Origin: Candidatus Shapirobacteria bacterium
GTDB lineage: Bacteria > Patescibacteriota > Microgenomatia > UBA12405
Direction of reading: 5' to 3'
Length of the DNA stretch: 64,000 bases
NCBI GenBank assembly: GCA_016188545.1
Contig: JACPHO010000001.1
Location: forward strand, 483,324 to 547,323
A model generated the notes under the pieces. That model was not told the origin of the DNA. It saw only the letters and a list, made by a program, of their open reading frames with translations, and made no database searches. Position 1 is the stretch's first letter. Every line of letters begins with the position of its first letter. Made by a program: the position numbers and the translations under genes. Positions 57,227-64,000 of this stretch are shown here, in pieces.

Positions 57227-58027
57227 ATGACACCACTCAATTGTTTTGACGATATCTATTTTAAACGTGAAGACGAGTCAGTTACTGGCTCCGCCAAAGA
57301 TAGAGCCATTCCTTATCAGATCGACAACTTAATCGCCCAAGGGTTCTCATCTGCAGTAATTTCTTCCACTGGAAATGCTGCTATTGCTGCACAATATTAT
57401 TGCAATCTAAAAAAGATTCCCTTAACCGTGTTTGTTTCTCCTCACACACCCCAGTCCAAACTCTCCCTTATTAATAATTACCAAACAACACTTAAACCAG
57501 TTTCCGATGCCATTAAGTACTCCAAGGCTAATAAAAGCTACTTACTACGCCAGTCAACTGACGAGTCGGCACTAATAGGGTATAGCTATCTTGGTAGTGA
57601 AATTATTGAACAAGTACCCGATGTTACCAGTATCTTTTTCCCCGTGGGAAGTGGGGCCACTTTAGTTGGAGTATCTTCTGCAATACCTAAAAATGTCAAA
57701 ATATTTGCCATCCAATCTGCTTACAACTGTCCCATTACTAAAGAACTTGACCCTGGCTTTATCCAAGAACCTATTAATATAACCGACGCCCTAACCGCCA
57801 AATATGTCCCACTCAAACCACGTGTACATAATGTTCTGAAAGCCACTGGTGGAACGGGACAAGTTGTATCAAATCAAGAAATCATGGATGCTCAAAATAA
57901 GCTAGAAAGTTTTGGGGTGCGCTGTTCTTATGAAGGGGGACTAACCTTAGCTGGGCTATTCAAAGCAAAATCCTTATTTGATATCGGACCAAAACCACTA
58001 GTTATTATCACTGGCACCAAAAGATGA
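57227..58027 (+). CDS. Fold-type II PLP-dependent enzyme (threonine synthase/cysteine synthase-like, PALP)
   Basis: TPL...IYFKRED...TGSAKDR (PLP lysine), SSTGNAA, PVGSGATL.G, IITG. Confidence 0.85.
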   Translation: MTPLNCFDDIYFKREDESVTGSAKDRAIPYQIDNLIAQGFSSAVISSTGNAAIAAQYYCNLKKIPLTVFVSPHTPQSKLSLINNYQTTLKPVSDAIKYSKANKSYLLRQSTDESALIGYSYLGSEIIEQVPDVTSIFFPVGSGATLVGVSSAIPKNVKIFAIQSAYNCPITKELDPGFIQEPINITDALTAKYVPLKPRVHNVLKATGGTGQVVSNQEIMDAQNKLESFGVRCSYEGGLTLAGLFKAKSLFDIGPKPLVIITGTKR

Positions 58028-59151
58028 CCAAGATTGAAAATTATTTAAATACCCTCCCTTACCACTTTTATTTTTTGGTGGTCGATAACTTTCTAGATAT
58101 CAATCTACCAAATCTAACTAACTTCGTCTCGATATCGCCAAAAACACTTGGCATCCAGCTTGAACAAAAAAATTCTGGCAGATTGCTTTCCCATCCCGAG
58201 TGCATCAGTTTCATAAAAACTCACACCCCCAAAGGACTTACCCCAGCAATTATTCCATTTAAACCATCACCAAAGATTGATCTGGTCTGTCAACAGAACG
58301 GTTGGGTTAACATCAGCAATCCCAGCAAATTAAATCGTTTTTTCGAAGACAAGATCCTGTTTTCAAAACTATTAGACGAACACTTCCTCCCCCAAATACC
58401 TCACACTATCACCACTTTTACAAAAGACAATTTCGCGGTCGCACAGGAGCAGTATGGCTCCTTGTTAGTAGTCCAGACCCATTTTGGTTGGGCGGGCAAT
58501 AGCTCCCACCTCTCCGATGACTTTAGTAGCTTATCGACCAAAATTGCTATTGATACTCCTATAAAAATATCTCCATTCCTCACCGGCACTTCTCTAATAA
58601 ATAACTGCTGTCTTACTCCACAAGGTCTTGTCCAAAGCCCTCCAGGACTTCAGTACACCGGTATCTCTGCTTTATCTAAAAATCCACTTGCTACCACCGG
58701 CCGACAATGGCCTTCGCACTCGGGCTCTAATATTAATGACCAGATTAAAAAAATAACCATCAATTTTAGTGAAGTTCTAAAATCCAAAGGCTACTTAGGT
58801 TTTTTTGGGTTAGATTTTTTTGTTAATGAAGACAAAGTTTTTTTGTTGGAATGTAACCCAAGGCTAACTGCTTCTTTTTCCTTCTATACTGCAATAGAAA
58901 AAAATAGTAACTATGAACCCCTATTTTTTTATCACCTGCTTTCATTTTTACCCAGCACTTATCCCATAAACCAAATTGAACAAAACCGACGGTTCACAGA
59001 CTCTACTATTGTTGGTTCTGAAATAACCCTCAAGAGTGAAGAGGGGAATACCATCAAAAAATACAACGCCTTTATAGACTTTGCACCTGAAGGTGACCCT
59101 ACAAAAATTGATCAAATAGTTTTGAGTGAGGTACTAAATGAAGTCATCTAA
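58024..59151 (+). CDS. ATP-grasp ligase
   Basis: EDK, VQ...G.AG, GYLGFFGLDF, LLECNPRLTAS; overlaps the PALP and ftsW genes. Confidence 0.8.
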   Translation: MTKIENYLNTLPYHFYFLVVDNFLDINLPNLTNFVSISPKTLGIQLEQKNSGRLLSHPECISFIKTHTPKGLTPAIIPFKPSPKIDLVCQQNGWVNISNPSKLNRFFEDKILFSKLLDEHFLPQIPHTITTFTKDNFAVAQEQYGSLLVVQTHFGWAGNSSHLSDDFSSLSTKIAIDTPIKISPFLTGTSLINNCCLTPQGLVQSPPGLQYTGISALSKNPLATTGRQWPSHSGSNINDQIKKITINFSEVLKSKGYLGFFGLDFFVNEDKVFLLECNPRLTASFSFYTAIEKNSNYEPLFFYHLLSFLPSTYPINQIEQNRRFTDSTIVGSEITLKSEEGNTIKKYNAFIDFAPEGDPTKIDQIVLSEVLNEVI

Positions 59152-60262
59152 GTTCATTTTTTTAGTATCCATATTATTAACAATTGGGCTGGTTTTTATT
59201 TCAATCTCTTCCATAACTGAAGCCAGTAATACTGTTGGAGACAAATTCTTTTTTATAAAAAAACAGCTCCTTTGGTCACTCGTTGGGGTTGCCTCTTTTA
59301 GCCTTGCCTCCACCATTCCCTTGTCCCTCATCAAAAAATTTGCCACGCCTTTATATATAATCTCCACTGCCTTGCTTGCAATTATCTTAATACCCAGTCT
59401 GAGTAACAGCGCTTTAGGTGCGAGGCGGTGGTTGGATCTGGGAATAGTTGGCATACAACCATCTGAAATATTTAAGCTTGCTGCTATTATTTTCTTCGCC
59501 AACGTTTTTTCTCAAGAAAAATACCGCCATCTAAAATATCTAGTTTTATTTTTAACCGTTCCACTTTCATTAGTTGTTCTCGAGCCAAATATGAGCACTG
59601 CTATTCTTATAGCTGCCATTACCATTACTATTTTCTATTTAGCCAATGGCAACCTCACTAGCATTATTGCGATTTGTTCTGTAGCCATGATGATCAGCAC
59701 TCTGCTAATCGTTATTTCTCCATACCGCAAAGCCCGTTTTGACCAAACTTCGTATCATTCAAATCAGATGACTCTCACTCTCACTTCAGGTCAGTTGGCC
59801 GGTAAGGGCTTTGCAAACTCAGATCAAAAATATCGTTATCTACCCAAAATATCTACTGATTCAATTCTTGCTGTTATCGGCGAAGAAACCGGCTTCATAG
59901 GAGTTAGTTTGATAGTAGGTTTGTATTACATCTTAGTTAGTGACATTTTTACTCTCAGTACTTTTCAGGTCAAATATAGTTTTAAGTACCTACTGATACT
60001 GGGCATTGGCTGTTGGATTGCCTACCAAAGTCTTATCAATATGGCCACAGTAGTTTCTCTCATTCCACTCACCGGAGTCACCTTACCACTTATTTCATAT
60101 GGAGGATCATCCCTGATAACTATTCTTTTTGGGCTTGGTCTCATCAACAACTTGATATACTCAACTAGATATGAAGATCAGCAAGACCATCATCATAACC
60201 GGAACTCATCACACACCAGCTATCGAGCTCATAAACCATCTCAAAAAAGATCCGGAAGTTAA
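59138..60262 (+). CDS. ftsW: SEDS peptidoglycan polymerase FtsW
   Basis: GARRWL.LG...IQPSE.FK, LEP, LP...TD.I.AVIGEE.GF, P.TG.TLP.ISYGGSS. Confidence 0.93.
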   Translation: MKSSKFIFLVSILLTIGLVFISISSITEASNTVGDKFFFIKKQLLWSLVGVASFSLASTIPLSLIKKFATPLYIISTALLAIILIPSLSNSALGARRWLDLGIVGIQPSEIFKLAAIIFFANVFSQEKYRHLKYLVLFLTVPLSLVVLEPNMSTAILIAAITITIFYLANGNLTSIIAICSVAMMISTLLIVISPYRKARFDQTSYHSNQMTLTLTSGQLAGKGFANSDQKYRYLPKISTDSILAVIGEETGFIGVSLIVGLYYILVSDIFTLSTFQVKYSFKYLLILGIGCWIAYQSLINMATVVSLIPLTGVTLPLISYGGSSLITILFGLGLINNLIYSTRYEDQQDHHHNRNSSHTSYRAHKPSQKRSGS

Positions 60263-61244
60263 CTGGAAAATAGTCTATGTCGCTCATCAGTATAAGACCG
60301 AAACACACCTTCTTCACACCATAATTCCCAAACTAAAAGTGGAATTCTTTAATCTTGACTGTGGTAAGTTTGATCGCAAAAATCTGGACATAACCTTGAT
60401 GGGTATTCCTAAGATCATTAAAGCGTTTTTTACATCCCTCTCTCTTCTAAAAAATCTCCAGCCTCAAATAGTCGTTTCTTTTGGTGGTTATGTTTCTGTC
60501 CCAGTTGTTATTGCTACATATTTCAATAAGATTCCCTCGATTACTCACGAACAGACAGTTACCAATAGTCTAGCAACCAAAATCAACAGTTACTTTGCCA
60601 CAAAAGTAGCCCTTTCATTTGATAATGTCACTCAAAAAAAACAATTACCTGTCAAAAAAACTGTCGTCACCGGTAATCTTTTAAGACAGGAAATCTTTAA
60701 CACTACATCAACAAATTATAAGAATACCACCCATCCAATAATTTATTTTACTGGCGGCAACCAAGGATCAATTTTTCTAAACGAGTTAATATATCAACTC
60801 GTCCCACTGTTAGGTAACAAATATACAGTCATTCACCAAACTGGGAAAAATAATAATCAAGTACTTCAAGACGAGTTGACCAAAAAATACAAATACATTT
60901 CATCTGAGTTTATCGAGAGTGAAGATATTGGCTGGGTTCTAAGCAACGCCGACGTTATTGTCAGTCGATCTGGTGCCAATATTTGCCAAGAAATAGATAC
61001 CCTCGACAAAAAAGCACTATTGATTCCCCATCCCTTCACCCAACAAAACGAGCAGCAGCTAAATGCACTCTGGTTACAAAACCATCACCCTAAGTCGATT
61101 AAGATAGTTTCACAACCAAACGCCAGTCCATCAACGATACTCGAAACCATCAACGAACTTGTAACCACTATTCACACCTCACACCCCAAAAAGTTACCCC
61201 TTATTCACCCATTATATAAACTAGTTCATGAAATATCTCTCTAA
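60171..61244 (+). CDS. murG: UDP-GlcNAc:lipid I N-acetylglucosaminyltransferase
   Basis: SFGGYVS.PV, HEQ, TGN.LR, TGGNQGS, HQTG, SRSGAN, EQ..NA. Confidence 0.9.
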   Translation: MKISKTIIITGTHHTPAIELINHLKKDPEVNWKIVYVAHQYKTETHLLHTIIPKLKVEFFNLDCGKFDRKNLDITLMGIPKIIKAFFTSLSLLKNLQPQIVVSFGGYVSVPVVIATYFNKIPSITHEQTVTNSLATKINSYFATKVALSFDNVTQKKQLPVKKTVVTGNLLRQEIFNTTSTNYKNTTHPIIYFTGGNQGSIFLNELIYQLVPLLGNKYTVIHQTGKNNNQVLQDELTKKYKYISSEFIESEDIGWVLSNADVIVSRSGANICQEIDTLDKKALLIPHPFTQQNEQQLNALWLQNHHPKSIKIVSQPNASPSTILETINELVTTIHTSHPKKLPLIHPLYKLVHEISL

Positions 61245-61605
61245 ATATTTCTTCACCATTCCCATTATATTTCTAACATTTCAGCTAATTTATCTACTCG
61301 GGATTACCCTAAAACCTCAGATAACGCCCTATTCAGACAACAACCGTTATCTGACAGATCTCACCAACACTCTTCGGCTAAGCAAGTTGCAATACCAACA
61401 ACTAAATTTTTTTGATCACCGTAACGAAGTCGAAATGATTATCATCGACCAGCCCAACCACAGCTTTAAAACCATAATTTCAACCCAACTCCCCCCCCTT
61501 TCCCAAGTTGCTGCCTTACAAAAACTCATAAAAATCGCTAATATTGAGGGTAAGGAGTTATCATTCGTTGATCTAAGCTCCCGCCGTCCATATGCAACAT
61601 TCTAA
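61228..61605 (+). CDS. Short FtsQ/DivIB-like protein
   Basis: N-terminal TM, C-terminal VDL...P motif, syntenic position before ftsA. Confidence 0.5.
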   Translation: MKYLSKYFFTIPIIFLTFQLIYLLGITLKPQITPYSDNNRYLTDLTNTLRLSKLQYQQLNFFDHRNEVEMIIIDQPNHSFKTIISTQLPPLSQVAALQKLIKIANIEGKELSFVDLSSRRPYATF

Positions 61606-62839
61606 AATCATTTGTGGAATAGATATCGGAACTTCAAAAGTTACCACCATTGTTGGGCAATTTTTTGAGGTCGAAGATCGTTTTAATGTTATCGCAGTAG
61701 CTTCCACTCCAGCTTCAGGTTTTCGCAAAGGTCAGATAATAAATCTCGATCAAGCCACTCAAACAATTACTCAAAGTATAGAATCAGCTGAAAGAATGGC
61801 TGGTTTTCAGTTAAAAAGTGCTCATGTTTCTATCTCTGCACCTCATATTGAATCAGTAAATTCACAAGGTGTTGTGGCTGTTAGTACGCCGAATGGCGAG
61901 ATCACTCATGGTGATATTACTCGAGTCATTGAAGCAGCGCAAGCCGTCACTCTACCCGCAGGCAAAGAACTTATCCACACCATACCCCGACGTTACACCG
62001 TTGATGGCCAGGAAGGAGTTATCGACCCCATCGGTATGAATGGCGTTCGACTCGAGCTAGAATCACATCTTATTTTGGCATCGAGCCCCAGTCTAAAAAA
62101 TCTTTACAAATGTCTCGAAGAGGTTGGTATTGATACCGACTCTTTGGTTTTCTCTGGTTTAGCCACTGCTAAAGCAGCTTTGACCAACACCGAAAAAGAA
62201 CTAGGTGTCGCCCTAATTGATATTGGCGGCAGTGTTACTTCACTAACTATCTACACCGAAGGCTCGCCAGTCTACTCTTCTGTAATTCCGGTCGGGGCCA
62301 ACAACGTCACCAACGACCTGGCTATCGGTCTTCGACTTTCCATCGAAGATGCTGACAAAATAAAACTCAAAATTAATAAAATCGTCGAAGCCAAAAAGCT
62401 CGAAGATGATGTTGATCTTTCTGTGTTTGGCATACTTTCCGAGGAAAAACACAAAATCTCTCTTCAAACCGCAGTAAATGGGATCATTAAGCCTCGACTT
62501 GAAGAGCTGTTTACCCTTATCTATGACCAAATCGAAACAAGTGGTTTCTCAGCATTGATTCCTGCAGGTGTCGTCATTACCGGTGGTGGAGCTCAAACAA
62601 TTAACGCCAAAGATATCTGTTCCAAAGTTATCCCACTTCCTCTGAGAGTAGCTTCTCCTCCAAAGCTTGGAGGGATTGTCGATGATATACTTAACCCGAG
62701 TTATACAAGTTCTATTGGTTTACTTATGTATGGCTTAGAACAAACCACTCAATCAGGTAACTCCAATAAAAAAAATAAAACCAATGTTAGTGGTTTGTTC
62801 AATAAAATTAAAAGCCTGATCGAACCTCTCTTACCTTAA
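61592..62839 (+). CDS. ftsA: Cell division protein FtsA
   Basis: GIDIGTSKV, AE.MAG, VDGQ.G..DP.GM.G.RLE, DIGG, VITGGGA. Confidence 0.96.
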   Translation: MQHSKIICGIDIGTSKVTTIVGQFFEVEDRFNVIAVASTPASGFRKGQIINLDQATQTITQSIESAERMAGFQLKSAHVSISAPHIESVNSQGVVAVSTPNGEITHGDITRVIEAAQAVTLPAGKELIHTIPRRYTVDGQEGVIDPIGMNGVRLELESHLILASSPSLKNLYKCLEEVGIDTDSLVFSGLATAKAALTNTEKELGVALIDIGGSVTSLTIYTEGSPVYSSVIPVGANNVTNDLAIGLRLSIEDADKIKLKINKIVEAKKLEDDVDLSVFGILSEEKHKISLQTAVNGIIKPRLEELFTLIYDQIETSGFSALIPAGVVITGGGAQTINAKDICSKVIPLPLRVASPPKLGGIVDDILNPSYTSSIGLLMYGLEQTTQSGNSNKKNKTNVSGLFNKIKSLIEPLLP

Positions 62840-62846
62840 CAACATC

Positions 62847-63146
62847 CTAAATACTCACTTCCGCTTTTTTTGACAAACCGCTTAACATATTATCCAAGTC
62901 AGCTCTTTTTCCAACTGCCAAAACACCTCTGTTTCCACCTACTTCCAGACTCTCAAGAAACATCGTTCCACCACCACTCTGAATCGCAACATCCGATAAC
63001 ATATCAACAAGTTTTTCCAACCTCATTCCGCCCCTGACAACTACAAACTCATGACAAGCAGTTACTTGTTCCCCAGCTGGTAATTGAGAAACTAGTTTTT
63101 GTTTTAGAAGCCATGCTTCTTCAGCATTCATGAGTTTAACAGCCAT
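62847..63146 (-). CDS. Hypothetical protein inserted antisense between ftsA and ftsZ
   Basis: 99-aa ORF with TATAAT 5 nt upstream of its ATG on the minus strand. Confidence 0.6.
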   Translation of the reverse strand: MAVKLMNAEEAWLLKQKLVSQLPAGEQVTACHEFVVVRGGMRLEKLVDMLSDVAIQSGGGTMFLESLEVGGNRGVLAVGKRADLDNMLSGLSKKAEVSI

Positions 63147-63227
63147 AGATAATTATACCCCATAATAATTAAAAGTAAATTCATTAGGTTTTTATCTGCT
63201 CCCCGATTAATTTAGTATAATGAACCC

Positions 63228-64000
63228 ATGGCTCTTATTAAAAATCTCGCAGGTCAATTTGCCCGTCTCAAAGTAATCGGAATCGGTGGTGGTGGTAACA
63301 ATGCCATCAACTCCATGATCGCCGAAGATAATATCAAAGGTGTTGATTTTATTGCCGTAAATACTGATTCCCAAGCACTCCTCAACTCACTGGCTCCCAT
63401 CAAAATCCAAATTGGTGAAAAACTTACCAAAGGTTTGGGAGCAGGGGGCAATCCTTCCGTTGGGTCAGAAGCAGCCAAGGAATCACATGATCGCATTAAA
63501 GACGCCCTAGAGGGCACTGACATGGTTTTTATAACTGGTGGTATGGGTGGTGGTACTTGTACTGGAGCCGCCCCAGTCATCGCTGAAATTGCCAAAAAGG
63601 AAATTGGCGCCTTGACCATAGCAGTTGTCACCAAGCCATTCCTTTTTGAAGGTACAAGGCGCATGACCAACGCCGAAGAAGGAATCTCTCACCTCAAACA
63701 AAACGTCGATACTCTGATCGTCATTCCCAACCAAAAAGTCATGGAGGTAGTCAACGATAAAGCCACCCTACTAGAAGCATTCAAGATCGCTGATTCAGTA
63801 CTCAACAAAGGTACTAAGGCAATAGCCGATCTCATCACTACACCCGGACTTATCAATCTTGATTTTGCTGATATCAAAACCATCATGAGTAATGCCGGTT
63901 CTGCGCTCATGGGAGTCGGAGAGGCAGAGGGAGTTGATCGCGCTCGGGCAGCAGTTAGTGCCGCTGTTGATTCACCCTTAGTTGAGGTAAATATTGATGG
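63228..64000 (+). CDS. ftsZ: Cell division protein FtsZ (runs off window end)
   Basis: Manual translation MALIKNLAGQFARLKVIGIGGGGNNAINSM...NTDSQAL...TKGLGAGGNP...GGMGGGTCTGAAP...TKPFLFEG...INLDFAD. Confidence 0.97.
   Translation, partial: MALIKNLAGQFARLKVIGIGGGGNNAINSMIAEDNIKGVDFIAVNTDSQALLNSLAPIKIQIGEKLTKGLGAGGNPSVGSEAAKESHDRIKDALEGTDMVFITGGMGGGTCTGAAPVIAEIAKKEIGALTIAVVTKPFLFEGTRRMTNAEEGISHLKQNVDTLIVIPNQKVMEVVNDKATLLEAFKIADSVLNKGTKAIADLITTPGLINLDFADIKTIMSNAGSALMGVGEAEGVDRARAAVSAAVDSPLVEVNID

Noticed and set aside
63254-63910. Minus-strand ORFs over ftsZ and the many other short overlapping ORFs in the track
   Set aside because: Shadow ORFs antisense or out of frame to well-supported genes.
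1-64000. tRNA, rRNA, transposase, integrase or prophage genes
   Set aside because: None recognisable; intergenic spaces are too short and no ORF shows the relevant motifs.

Overview
Low-GC bacterial chromosome segment (standard code 11). Gene content and style suggest a Patescibacteria/CPR (Microgenomates-like) genome; this is inference. About 1-46.9 kb is a large cell-surface glycan locus: Wzm/Wzt ABC exporter, many GT2/GT4/GT-C glycosyltransferases, an AlgI/AlgJ-type O-acylation pair, acyl- and methyltransferases, radical SAM enzymes, ManC and a priming phosphoglycosyltransferase. It is followed by recO, glyQS with a miniature T-box leader, and a dcw cluster (rsmH-ftsL-ftsI-murE...mraY...ftsW-murG-ftsQ-like-ftsA-ftsZ). 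Most notable observations: (1) 13 degenerate 8-bp tandem arrays (consensus GYTCYAAA) that bracket a four-helix-bundle (IVP/Avd-like) gene as inverted arms and are also inserted in-frame into glycosyltransferase genes, always avoiding the in-frame TAA; (2) a non-canonical dcw cluster in which the murF and murD positions hold an ATE/Bpt-like transferase, an Mpl-like ligase, an NlpC/P60 peptidase, a LysW-like protein ending EEK, a PLP enzyme and an ATP-grasp ligase; (3) an apparently translational glycine T-box with an ultrashort Stem I; (4) a three-gene cassette with a caspase-fold protease; (5) a RhuM-Fic gene with TTCGG-N6-TTCGG operators inserted between wzm and wzt. All family calls come from motif recognition by eye, not database searches.
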